A stretch of 64,000 nt of DNA from Eledone cirrhosa (Eukaryota): positions 6,510,001-6,574,000 of the forward strand of contig OZ024743.1 in assembly GCA_964016885.1 (NCBI GenBank). Reading direction: 5' to 3'. This document shows positions 36,959-48,800 of this stretch, in pieces. A program made the position numbers and the translations under genes. Each line of letters begins with the position of its first letter. Position 1 is the stretch's first letter. The notes beneath the pieces are model-generated. The model ran no database searches. It had not been told where the DNA came from and saw only the letters and a program-made list of their open reading frames with translations.

Positions 36959-37705
36959 GTAAGCAAATATAAGAGGTTCTATATAAAGGTATATCAAGTA
37001 ATTACTAGATGTGAGATTAATCAAATAAAATGATAATTGAAATAACTATAACTTCTTACTTAAAATAAATTATCTTAAATATTTTAGTTAAATTATACTT
37101 TAATTTAAATTTCATAATTTATAGGCAAAATATATTTTCAAAATTTTAATTATTTTAATTTGTTTAATTTGAAAAATTTAAACCAGTAAAATATAAGTTA
37201 TATGTATTTTTTAAAGATTTGTGAGATTTATACCGATGATTTTGTATTTAAACTGATTTTAAAAATTGCTGTTTCATCCCCATTCACCTCATTCCAAGGG
37301 AGAATTTTTTCTATAAAATGTATTTTGAAGCAAGAGATAAATGTTTCTTACATAAGCATAATGTTTGTTTATATTTGTTTTGTGAGAAAGTGCAAGTTGT
37401 GATAGTTATACTTTTCATCATCATCATCTTTGTTTAATGTCCATCTTCCATGCTAGCATGGGTTTTTTAAACAAATAAGTTGTGTGAAATGACTCTGTGA
37501 TCAAAATCAAATCACAGAGCCTATCTATACAGTAAAATCCCTTGTTACATTTTTTGTGGGTAATATTTTTTATGAAGAATAGTATACAATATCTATTTTT
37601 ATATTAATCTATTTAATATTAATCTATTTTTTTTTTATATGAGGTGGGTCAGAAAAGTTCCAGGACTGATGTCACAAAAGATTTATTTCAAACCCAAACT
37701 TCACA

Positions 37706-38345
37706 CTAAGAGTTTTCTTCTTCAAAGTAATCTCCCTGGAGTCTAATGTACTTTTCCATCCTTTTCTGCCACGCTTGCATGCACTCCTGGAAGGATTCAT
37801 CCGGGATCCTCTGCAGTTCCATCGTCACGGCCTTTTTGATGTCGTCCACGTCTTCAAAACGGGTCCCCTCTGGGTCATACTCGAAGATCCATGACTCATC
37901 ACCGGTGATGACTGTCCCTAGCAAGTCTGGTTCGGTTTCAAGATGCTCGAGGATGTCCTGGCACACTTGCATACGTCGACCCTTCTGGTCATCGTTCAGC
38001 AGTTTTGGCATCATCTTCGCGCAGACTTTCCGCATGTCCAAATCTTCAGTGAGAATCTTCCAGACGCTGTCCCGATTCGTGCCGAGCTAATTTGCCATCA
38101 GTCGAACAGTCAGCCGACGATCGCTACGTACCATCTGCCTGATGCGCTCAACGTTGACCTCAGTCCTGGTTATTGAGGGCCTTCCGCTCCTGGGGTCATC
38201 TTCCACGTCCTCGCGTCCTTCTTTAAACCTCTTGCACCCCTCAAAAACACGTGAGCATGACATCGTCTCATCTCCATACACTTGCTGCAGCAATCCCAGT
38301 GCTTCTGACAAAGTTTTCAAGTTTGTTCGTTGCTCTGTGCTCATT
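37706..38345 (-). pseudogene. mariner transposase pseudogene
   Basis: EDDPRSGRP HTH region, KVCAKMMPKLL, ITGDESWIFEYDPE fused directly to GTRFEDV...GDYFE. The second and third catalytic Asp segments are deleted, and there is a stop at 38087. Confidence 0.92.
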
Positions 38346-38368
38346 GCTTGACGACCTGAAACAGAGGA

Positions 38369-41300
38369 CATCATCATCATCATCATCATCATCACCGTTT
38401 TACGTCCGTTCTTCCACGCTAGCATGGGTTAGACGGGTTGTCCTGTTGTGGGCAGTGTCTGGTCGGCTGACCATGCCTTGCTCATACAGGAACTGATCTG
38501 GCTTGATTTCTACAGCTGGATGCCCTTCCTAACACCAACCTCATTTACAGTGAGTGCTGGGTGCTTTTTCGTGGCGCCTACACGTCCACTTTACAGTGTG
38601 GGCTGGGTGCTTTTTTGCCGTGGCACCTCCACGACCACCTTGCGGTGGGGGGGGGGGGGGGCATATTGTTTATATGCTTCAGCATGTACCCATGGGAGGT
38701 CGGGTACCCTGTATTACTGCGTGACGCCAGAAGTCACGGTCGTGTGTCATTGACTTTGAGAGGTGTAGTTGGGTAAGGTCGGCTTTTATCACCTCATCCC
38801 AAGTCATCTTGGGTCTCCCCACTCCGCGGTTTCCATCAACTTCTAGTGCTCTGCACCTTTTTATGCAGCTGTCATCCTTCATACGCATCACATGTCCATA
38901 CCAGCGTAACCGCCTCTCCTGCACGCAGCATTTGATTCCTCTTATGCTCAGTCTCTCTCTCAATTCATTTATGCTTTGTCGTTCACGTATATTACTGTTA
39001 CACATCCATCGGAGCATGCAGGCTTCGTTTCTCTCTAATCTACGTAAGTCTTCCACCTTCAGCGCCCAGGTCTCACTACCATGCAACATCGCTGTTCGGA
39101 TACACGCATCATACAGTCTGCCTTTCATTCTGAGGGAGAAGCCTTTTGCAGCTAGCAGTGGTAGTAGTTCCCTAAACTTCTTCCATCCCGTTCTTACCCT
39201 AGTTATTGTACTTTCTGAGCACCCACCTCCGTTGCTAATTCGGTCACCTAGGTAGCAGAAGCTGTCTACTGTTTCTACAGGGCCCTCCCAGAGATTGGTG
39301 GTACTTGTTTCCTGTGGCTGTTTGCTTGCTGTTTCAGCACAGCTGCTGCATGTGAATCCTACATTCTTAATTAAGCTTCCTGAGATCCCGCTACATCTCT
39401 TGTGTACCCATTGTTTGCATTTGGGGCAAAGAATGGAGTTCCTACCTACACCTTTCCTACATACTGAGCAAGGCCATTTCCCTGAGGGGATCTGGGTTCT
39501 GTTTTCTCGTCTACTTATAAGGACCTTAGTCTTTGTCATGTTGACTTTGAGGCCCTTTCTCTCTAGTCCCTGCTTCCAGGTTTGGAATTTATTCTCTAGT
39601 TCTACCATAGATTCAGCTATGAGTGCGAGGTCATCAGCATACAGGAGTTCCCATGGGCATCCGGTCTTAAACTCCTCCGTTATTGCCTGCAGGACTATGA
39701 TGAACAGGAGAGGGCTAAGAACAGAGCCCTGGTGGACCCCAACCTGTACGCTAAATTCCTCGCTATACTCATTGCCAATCCTAACTTTGCTGACTGCTCC
39801 CCTATACATGGCTTGTACCGCTTTCACAAGCCATTCATCTACTCCTAGTTTTCTAAGAGCCCACCAGATTACTGCACGTGGAACTCTGTCAAAGGCTTTC
39901 TCAAGGTCGACAAATGCCAAGTAGAGTGGCTTACTTTTAGCTAGGTACTTTTCCTGTAATTGCCTCACAAGGAAGAGCGCATCAGTGGTGCCTTTCCCTG
40001 GAACAAACCCAAATTGCATCTCGTCTATATTCACCCGGTCCCTAATCAGCTGTGCTATAACTCTTTCTGTTACTTTCATGACCTGGTCCATCAACTTTAT
40101 ACCTCTATAGTTTCCTCTATCTAGTGCATCGCCTTTACCTTTGTAGCAGTTGACAATGATGCTACTGCACCAATCTTTTGGTATGGCCCCCTCTAGTATT
40201 ACCTGGTTAACGATACGTGTGGTTATAGTGTGACCTACAGACCCAGATGCCTTCAGCATCTCGGCAGCTATACCCGATGGACCGGTTGCCTTCCCTATCT
40301 TCATATCTCTGATTGCCTTACTTACTACGCTGCCGCTGACTTGTACTGCTGGTCCCTCTATAGGGTCTACGTGGGGTAGGGTCTCTTCTTCCCATGCATT
40401 CTCCTCATTTAGTAATCTATCATAATGACTCTTCCATGCATCTTTCTTCTCAGCACTTGTGAGGGCAAGCTCACCTTTATCATTCCGGATACACTTCTCT
40501 CCAATGACATCACAACTATCTCTGACACACTGCCTCGCAATCTTGAATACCTCCTGTTTCTGGTCCTCACGTTGTAAAACATGCTTGAATTTTCTATCCT
40601 CTGCTTCCCTCCTAGCTAAGTATACTTGTCGCCTAGCTTCCCTCTTGGTCTCTATGTAATGTACCCTGCTCCCCCCGTTCTTCCATTCTTTCCATGCCTG
40701 TCTCTTGGCCTTGACTGCTTCATCTACCTTATTGTTCCACCACCAAGTCACTCTCCTCCTGCTTGAGGTCTTACTCCAGCCACAAACCTCATCCGTCGCC
40801 TCTAGTAAGTTATTTTTTAGGAACTCCCAGTTCTCTTCTACGTTAAATGTCTATATCTGTTCTTCTTTACTGTCGTAGGCGTTGAGTAAAATATCTTTAA
40901 ATCTGTTACTGGTTGAGGGGACTTTCAGCTTCCAGATCTTTCTTCTCCAGGTTGGCCTCTGTTTCAGGGCTCGTCTAGTTCTGACCGTGAGGTCGCTGAC
41001 AACTAAGCTATGTTGGGATGTACATTCCTCACTAGGGAAGGCTTTTGTGTTTACGACCGTCCATCTGTCACGTCCTCTGATGAGGATAAAATCTAACTGA
41101 CTAGAGTGCTCCCCTGATCTATAGGTGATCAGGTGGTTGTCGGGTTTTTTAAAGTTTGTGTTACATATCGACATGTCATTGGCGTCGCAGAATTCTAGAA
41201 GTCTGAATCCTTCCTCATTCCTTGTGCCAACTCCATGGCCTCCATGTACTCTATTGAAGCCGTCGCAGTGTTTACCTACGTGTCCGTTAAAATCTCCTGC

Positions 41301-41408
41301 AATGATTAGGAAGTCCTTGTCGTCTGTTAGAGCAGTAGTGTGTATTAGGGACTCGTAAAACCTATCCTTAAGTTCGTCTGGCAGCCCCGATTGGGGTGCG
41401 TAAGCTGA
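38369..41408 (-). mobile_element. RTE-clade LINE nested in the mariner 5' region, 5'-truncated within APE
   Basis: One reading frame from SAYAPQ (about 41405) to 38679, with a single in-frame TAG at 40851-40853; (CAT)n tail. Confidence 0.97.
38679..40751 (-). CDS. RTE ORF2 reverse transcriptase with C4HC3 PHD-type finger (690 aa open)
   Basis: All RT motifs including YADD; CSVC-x10-CPKC-x4-H-x2-C-x14-CSSC. Confidence 0.88.
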   Translation of the reverse strand: MTWWWNNKVDEAVKAKRQAWKEWKNGGSRVHYIETKREARRQVYLARREAEDRKFKHVLQREDQKQEVFKIARQCVRDSCDVIGEKCIRNDKGELALTSAEKKDAWKSHYDRLLNEENAWEEETLPHVDPIEGPAVQVSGSVVSKAIRDMKIGKATGPSGIAAEMLKASGSVGHTITTRIVNQVILEGAIPKDWCSSIIVNCYKGKGDALDRGNYRGIKLMDQVMKVTERVIAQLIRDRVNIDEMQFGFVPGKGTTDALFLVRQLQEKYLAKSKPLYLAFVDLEKAFDRVPRAVIWWALRKLGVDEWLVKAVQAMYRGAVSKVRIGNEYSEEFSVQVGVHQGSVLSPLLFIIVLQAITEEFKTGCPWELLYADDLALIAESMVELENKFQTWKQGLERKGLKVNMTKTKVLISRRENRTQIPSGKWPCSVCRKGVGRNSILCPKCKQWVHKRCSGISGSLIKNVGFTCSSCAETASKQPQETSTTNLWEGPVETVDSFCYLGDRISNGGGCSESTITRVRTGWKKFRELLPLLAAKGFSLRMKGRLYDACIRTAMLHGSETWALKVEDLRRLERNEACMLRWMCNSNIRERQSINELRERLSIRGIKCCVQERRLRWYGHVMRMKDDSCIKRCRALEVDGNRGVGRPKMTWDEVIKADLTQLHLSKSMTHDRDFWRHAVIQGTRPPMGTC

Positions 41409-41814
41409 AGAAAAAAGTTTGATCGTTGCAGAGAGCTAAGATTACAGTTACATACTCCAGGGGGATTACTTTGAAGGAGAAAACTCTTAATGTGAAGTTT
41501 GGGTTTGAAATAAATCTTTTGTGACATCAGTCCTGGAACTTTTCTGACCCACCTCGTATATCCTGAAAAAAAAACAGTTTCATTTAGAAAAACAAATTTT
41601 ATTGCCTGTTCAGAAGTTTGTTTACACAAATTTAAACTATATTAAAACCTTATGAATATTATGGAAAATGATAAGAGGAAATATTTCAATGTTAACAGAG
41701 TATCAATCCAAAATGATAGGGTGTGTAGTAAAATAATATTTCATTTAATATTCCTTGATTACATCATTCTTTGTGAGGACACTTGAATCACTAAGCTTTC
41801 TTTGACCTTTTTCT

Positions 41815-42250
41815 TCTTCATTATCATCATCCTTGTACTGTCCCCAATGTCTAGACCCCTTCTTGTCAATAATTCATCCTTACAATTGTAGTGCTTTCTC
41901 GTACATTGTCATCACTACTCTAACCATCTATTCTTCCACTACCATCTCTCTCAGACTCAGTGTCCATGTCACTACTTCACATGGAATCTTCCTTTTGCAC
42001 CTGTACTTCCCAATGAAAATTGCATCAGTCATTTTTTGCCCAGTAAAAATTCAAACTACAATTCATCAATCTTCACCTTTTTCTTTATCTTCTTCTCTAA
42101 CAAATACCTTCATTCCATGTTTCAATAGCTTAATTTTCTATAAAAGCCACAGTCTAGAAGATTGCCTTTCCTCTTGTACAGAATGGTGAAAGTACTCAAA
42201 TAAATATTCTAATGTTTATGCTTTTGCTGACATTCTCCATGTTTTTCATC
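41815..42250 (-). mobile_element. Old RTE RT fragment
   Basis: Minus strand TDAIFI ... IPCEVVTWTL..VVEE*MVRVVMTMYEKA, compare VPRAVIWWALRKLGVDEWLVKAVQAMY. Confidence 0.6.
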
Positions 42251-43359
42251 ATATTATTGTTAGTACACCCATCTCACTGACACATATACACATTAAAACT
42301 TCTAAGACAGAGATGTGAGCAAAAAATATGATCATGTTTCATATAATTAGATCATCTAAATTTGAAAAAACAAACCTCACTGCAAGCAATAAAATTTACT
42401 TTTTTTCTATGAAATTGATTTTTCCCAAGTTAACTTAAACTAGAATAACATTTTTATTGTGCATTTTGCATGCTGTAATTCTTGCTAAAAAAATGCCTTT
42501 TGCAATGGATTTGATATACCTTTAAAATTACTTTTAAAATTAAATTCATTTTAAGTGCTCTTCTTTTTCACTGTATTAAATTCTTGGGGTCCAATCAAAT
42601 TCTTATTACTTCACAAAATAACTTATGAAAGTTAATTTTTCTGAATATGTATCAGATATAGTTACATTTTACTGGCAGGATGTCTTCCAATCACTTCTGA
42701 TTGACTATATTTGTTTCAGGCACCATACATGCTGGTTAATGGGTTGGGTTTCTGGGATATCCTCATTTCTGTGATATCCTCAATGATTCAGATATATGGT
42801 GCCTGTAAAAAAAATCTTGAAATTGTTAAATAAACTCTACTTGTGTCATTTACTATGATAAGATGATAAACTCATGAGTTCCTTTGAAAGAATTCAATCT
42901 AGCCTGAGGTTTATTAAGCCACCTACAAATAATGAATATAGGAGCCTTCATTCAAGAGAAACATAGCCAAGATTAAAGTAAGTATTTGATATAGTAATTT
43001 TTAAGTTCCAACATCCATATAGTACTGGAGTAAATTAGTACTCTGTTATGCTGAGTTGTATTTTAGATAACAACTGAGAATGTGAGCAGCCACAGTCTAA
43101 AGGTTGTTGCAATATATCTTTAGAATATTTCTTGGAAAAATATAGAAATATATTTTTTTCAAAACTAATGGAAAACCTGCATAAAGAAACAATGACTAAT
43201 TTGTTGCTAAATCAGGGTAGTCATATTTTGTTTTGTATCTAATTAGATAACTAAGTTGTAATTGTGAATTATTTTTTATAATAATTCTAATATTAAATAT
43301 ATATTATTTTATGCGTAACCCACTTTTAATGAAGTACAAAAATGTTTTATTTTTGCAAG

Positions 43360-43537
43360 GGAGAACTAATGAACAAATCAATAAAAATGAGAAACTCCCA
43401 TTTAGAACCAGAAAAGCTCACACCAAGTTTAAGCAAAAGAAGGCAGTCTTGGAGGGTAACTACCAATGATAAGCCAGATATTGCCAGTATTGTGACAGCA
43501 AGAATGGATTGCCTAGATATGAAAACAACAGATTATA
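43360..43537 (+). CDS. KCNT: KCNT/Slo2 exon (distal C-terminus)
   Basis: ttgcaag|GGA GAA ... GAT TAT A|gtaagt; ends DKPDIASIVTARMDCLDMKTTDY, compare [23 protein letters not shown]; its phase 0 start matches the previous exon. Confidence 0.85.
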
Positions 43538-43585
43538 GTAAGTCTTATATTATAATCATCATATATGAAATTTTAAATCAGTTAA

Positions 43586-44630
43586 CACTTTTGATACCAA
43601 CCCAACTGAAACTTCCTTTTGTTCTATAATACAAAAATGTTTATTTTAAAGAGTTTATCATCATCATCATCATCATTCAACATCTATCTTCCATGCTATC
43701 ATGAGTAAGACGGGCTGTCCCTTTGTGAGGGATCAGATCTGGGGACTGTGAATTCACTCATACAGAACTGATTTTGGCTTGGTTTCTACAGCAGGATGCC
43801 CTTCCTAACACCAACCACATTTACAGTGTGGACTGGGTACTCGCTTTTGTCATGACACCTACATAACCTCTATAATGTGGGATGGGCTCTTTTGTCATGG
43901 TTCCAGGGGTATCACTTTATAGAGAAGGTTGGAAACTTAGGAGGGTTGGGGAAGATGCTTTGGGAAATTAGGGACATAGGTATAAGGGAGGTTTATGGGA
44001 GGGGAGATGGTAGAGAATGGTGTTGCCTACTAGGTATATGCCTCAGCCCAAGAATAATAGAGTGCGGGTCTTCTGTAATACTTCATAACACCAGAGGTCA
44101 TGGTCCTCTGTCATCACCTTAGTGAGGTGTAATTGAGCAAAGTCAGGTCTTATTACCTCATCCCAAGATTTCCTAGGCCTGCCTACTCCATGGCTACCAT
44201 CAATTTTGAGCACTCTACACCTTTTTATTTAGCTGTCATCCTTCAAACGCATCACATGTCCATACCAACGCAATATCCTCTCTTGCACACACCATCTGAT
44301 CCCTTTTATGCCTAATTTCTTGTGTAGTTCATTCATGCTTTGCCATTCGCATATGCTCTTATTGTACATCCATCGAAGCATGAAGGCTTCATTTCTTTCC
44401 ACTTTATATTTATATTTATCTAAAATATTAAATTTAACTACATGTTATATTTATCTAAAATCTTTTCGTTAGAATATTATATAGGAATTTTTGTTAAGTT
44501 ATGTTCTAAACATCAACTTAATGAGAAAATTACTAAATATTACTAAATCACTCCAAATTCTTGATTATTTCCAAAATAATTTGAAAATGAAAGATAGTTT
44601 TTTTTAATTAAAAGTATGGTAATAAAAGGG
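43586..44630. mobile_element. piggyBac-type MITE, family B (reverse orientation), split by an RTE insertion
   Basis: TTAA-CACTTTTGATAC... at the left and ...TATGGTAATAAAAGGG at the right match the reverse complement of 20044-20288. Confidence 0.6.
43657..44401 (-). mobile_element. RTE LINE 3' fragment (C-terminal ORF remnant, 3' UTR, (CAT)n)
   Basis: Homologous to 13550-14295 (RNEAFMLRWM, LRWYGHVMR). Confidence 0.92.
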
Positions 44631-45001
44631 GTAACGTAAGAAATAGATACATATCATTGTTTATATCTCTATATCTATCTATAATCAAATAGTTTTCATA
44701 TGTAGACCATAGTTTATTTATATGATCACTTAACTAGTTTCCTACTGCTAAATGTTTCATAAATAACATTTAAAATAATTCTTTTGCAGCTAAGATAGAT
44801 TGTGCATTGTTAGATTTCATCATACATATAAACTACTGAGACAAAATTTCAATGACAGCATACAAATGCTAGTCATCAGGAACATGGTAGATGCAGTTGT
44901 GTAATACTTTTTACAAATTTTCAATATTGGTTGTTTCCAATTTACTTCTGTATTCCAAGTCAAAACGCAGCAAGATACCTGTCAAAAGCAGCTTCATGTT
45001 G

Positions 45002-45228
45002 AAGGACTGTTGATTGTCAGAATCGGTAGAGCATTGGACAAAATGCTTTGCAGTATTTAGTCATGGTCCTTTATGTTCTGAGTTCAAATCCCACCAAGGT
45101 TAGCTTTGTCTTTCATTCCTACAGGGTTGATAAAATAAAGTACCAGTAATGCACTGGGATCAATTTAGTCGACTTTCCCCTTCCCTTCAAATTGCTGGCT
45201 TTGTGCCAAATGTAGAAACCATTATTAT
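45002..45228 (+). mobile_element. tRNA-derived SINE with Nin-like core
   Basis: CAGAATCGGTAGAGCA (A-box-like), GAGTTCAAATCCC (B-box) and GGGTTGATAAAATAAAGTACCAG core. Confidence 0.8.
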
Positions 45229-45688
45229 ATTTTTCAATATTATGATATAAATTCAAATGCTATTTATATCATTTTAAAATGTTTCTGTTATTTTCAGTTT
45301 TTAAGTATAGCAGGGTTTTTCACAGCAAAATTTCTCCTTATGTCAGTTCTGACAATTTAGTTGATCTATCTCATAAATATATGATAAAGGAAGTCAATTA
45401 ATATGGTCCTGATATATCTCTAACTTTTGAAATGCAAAGAAAGCTTTAAAATTATGTAAAAACTCCTTATGCCGAAATGGTTTTACTTAAATTTGTTTTT
45501 TGTTCTTGACACATCTCTACTTGTAAATTGATAAACATATTGGGCAGAATATTTCAAGAGCTGCTTTCAATATTTATTAACCATATATGTAATATAAAAG
45601 AAATGCCCATACATCACTGAAATTCATGTGATTATAGACAACTTAAAAGTATACATTTAAACTGAAGCAAAGTTTTATATATATATAT

Positions 45689-45835
45689 CATCATCATCAT
45701 CATCATTTAACATCCATTTTCCACACTAGCATGGGTTAGTTGGGTCGTCCCATTGCCTTACTCATATAGGACTGTTTCTAGCTAGGTTTCTATAGCTGTA
45801 TGCCCTTCCTAACTCCAACCACATTTACAGTGTGT
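45689..45835 (-). mobile_element. RTE 3' end ((CAT)n tail and distal UTR) running directly into the satellite
   Basis: CATCAT..TTTAACATCCATTTTCCACACTAGCATGGGTTAG..TATGCCCTTCCTAACTCCAACCACATTTACAGTGTG. Confidence 0.92.
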
Positions 45836-48800
45836 GATGAGTGCTTTTAGCCATGACTCCTACATGACCACATTTACAATGTGTGATGAGTGCTTTTAGC
45901 CATGACTCCTACATGACCACATTTACAATGTGTGATGAGTGCTTTTAGCCATGACTCCTACATGACCACATTTACAATGTGTGATGAGTGCTTTTAGCCA
46001 TGACTCCTACATGACCACATTTACAGTGTGCGATGAGTGCTTTTAGCCATGACTCCTACATGACCACTTTTACAGTGTGTGACGAGTGCTTTTAGCCATG
46101 ACTCCTACATGACCACATTTACAATGTGTGATGAGTGCTTTTAGCCATGACTCCTACATGACCACTTTACAGTGTGTGATGAGTGCTTTTAACCATGACT
46201 CCTACATGACCACATTTACAATGTGTGATGAGTGCTTTTAGCCATAACTCCTACATGACCACATTTACAGTGTGCGATGAGTGCTTTTAGCCATGACTCC
46301 TACATGATCACATATACAATGTGTGATGAGTGCTTTTAGCCATGACTCCTACATGACCACTTTACAGTGTGTGATGAGTGCTTTTAATCATGACTCCTAC
46401 ATGACCACATTTACAATGTGTGATGAGTGCTTTTAACCATGACTCCTACATGACCACATTTACAATGTGTGATGAGTGCTTTTAGCCAAGACTCCTACAT
46501 GACCACATTTACAGTGTGTGATGAGTGCTTTTAGCCATAACTCCTACATGATCACATTTACAATGTGTGATGAGTGCTTTTAGCCATGACTCCTACATGA
46601 CCACATTTACAGTGTATGATGAGTGCTTTTAGCCATAACTCCTACATGACCACATTTACAATGTGTGATGAGTGCTTTTAGCCATGACTCCTACATGACC
46701 ACATTTACAATGTGTGATGAGTGTTTTTAGCCATGACTCCTACATGACCACTTTACAGTGTGTGATGAGTGCTTTTAGCCATGACTCCTACATGACCACT
46801 TTACAATTTGTGATGAGTGCTTTTAGCCATGACTCCTACATGACCACATTTACAGTGTGTGATGAGTGCTTTTAGCCATGACTCCTACATGACCACATTT
46901 ACAGTGTATGATGAGTGCTTTTAGCCATGACTCCTACATGACCACATTTACAGTGTGTGATGAGTGGTTTTAGCCATGACTCCTACATGACCACATTTAC
47001 AATGTGTGATGAGTGCTTTTAGCCATGACTCCTACATGACCACATTTACAGTGTGTGATGAGTGCTTTTAGCCATGACTCCTACATGACCACTTTTACAG
47101 TGTGTGACGAGTGCTTTTAGCCATGACTCCTACATGACCACATTTACAATGTGTGATGAGTGCTTTTAGCCATGACTCCTACATGACCACTTTACAGTGT
47201 GTGATGAGTGCTTTTAACCATGACTCCTACATGACCACATTTACAATGTGTGATGAGTGCTTTTAGCCATAACTCCTACATGACCACATTTACAGTGTGC
47301 GATGAGTGCTTTTAGCCATGACTCCTACATGATCACATATACAATGTGTGATGAGTGCTTTTAGCCATGACTCCTACATGACCACTTTACAGTGTGTGAT
47401 GAGTGCTTTTAATCATGACTCCTACATGACCACATTTACAATGTGTGATGAGTGCTTTTAACCATGACTCCTACATGACCACATTTACAATGTGTGATGA
47501 GTGCTTTTAGCCAAGACTCCTACATGACCACATTTACAGTGTGTGATGAGTGCTTTTAGCCATAACTCCTACATGATCACATTTACAATGTGTGATGAGT
47601 GCTTTTAGCCATGACTCCTACATGACCACATTTACAGTGTATGATGAGTGCTTTTAGCCATAACTCCTACATGACCACATTTACAATGTGTGATGAGTGC
47701 TTTTAGCCATGACTCCTACATGACCACATTTACAATGTGTGATGAGTGTTTTTAGCCATGACTCCTACATGACCACTTTACAGTGTGTGATGAGTGCTTT
47801 TAGCCATGACTCCTACATGACCACTTTACAATGTGTGATGAGTGCTTTTAGCCATGACTCCTACATGACCACATTTACAGTGTGTGATGAGTGCTTTTAG
47901 CCATGACTCCTACATGACCACTTTACAATGTGTGATGAGTGCTTTTAGCCATGACTCCTACATGACCACATTTACAATGTGTGATGAGTGCTTTTAGCCA
48001 TGACTCCTACATGACCACTTTTACAATGTGTGATGAGTGCTTTTAACCATGACTCCTACATGACCACATTTACAATGTGTGATGAGTGCTTTTAGCCATG
48101 ACTCCTACATGACCACATTTACAGTGTGTGATGAGTGCTTTTAGCCATGACTCCTACATGACCACATTTACAGTGTATGATGAGTGCTTTTAGCCATGAC
48201 TCCTACATGACCACATTTACAGTGTGTGATGAGTGGTTTTAGCCATGACTCCTACATGACCACATTTACAATGTGTGATGAGTGCTTTTAGCCATGACTC
48301 CTACATGACCACATTTACAGTGTGTGATGAGTGCTTTTAGCCATGACTCCTACATGACCACATTTACAGTGTATGATGAGTGGTTTTAGCCATGACTCCT
48401 ACATGACCACATTTACAATGTGTGATGAGTGCTTTTAGCCATGACTCCTACATGACCACATTTACAGTGTATGATGAGTGCTTTTAGCCATGACTCCTAC
48501 ATGACCACATTTACAGTGTGTGATGAGTGGTTTTAGCCATGACTCCTACATGACCACATTTACAATGTGTGATGAGTGCTTTTAGCCATGACTCCTACAT
48601 GACCACTTTACAGTGTGTGATGAGTGCTTTTAGCCATGACTCCTACATGACCACATTTACAGTGTGTGATGAGTGCTTTTAGCCATGACTCCTACATGAC
48701 CACATTTACAGTGTGTGATGAGTGTTTTTAGCCATGACTCCTACATGACCACATTTACAGTGTGTGATGAGTGCTTTTAGCCATGACTCCTACATGACCA

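Larger units (their letters stand above)
37640..41556 (-). mobile_element. Tc1/mariner transposon with about 103-bp TIRs and TA target duplication; internally deleted and interrupted by an RTE
   Basis: TIRs at 37640-37742 and 41454-41556 (YGAGGTGGGTCAGAAAAGTTCCAGGACTG...), with TA on both sides. Confidence 0.95.
9399..43537 (+). other. KCNT: Slo2/KCNT-family potassium channel gene, partial (10 coding exons in the window; 5' exons and probably the last exon lie outside)
   Basis: The spliced translation follows KCNT1/2 RCK2 colinearly, and phases match at all nine junctions. Confidence 0.93.

Noticed and set aside
44494-44520. LSYVLNIN resembling the terminal KCNT motif SYVLINP
   Set aside because: It lies inside a family-B MITE, downstream residues do not match, and there is no convincing phase-compatible acceptor.
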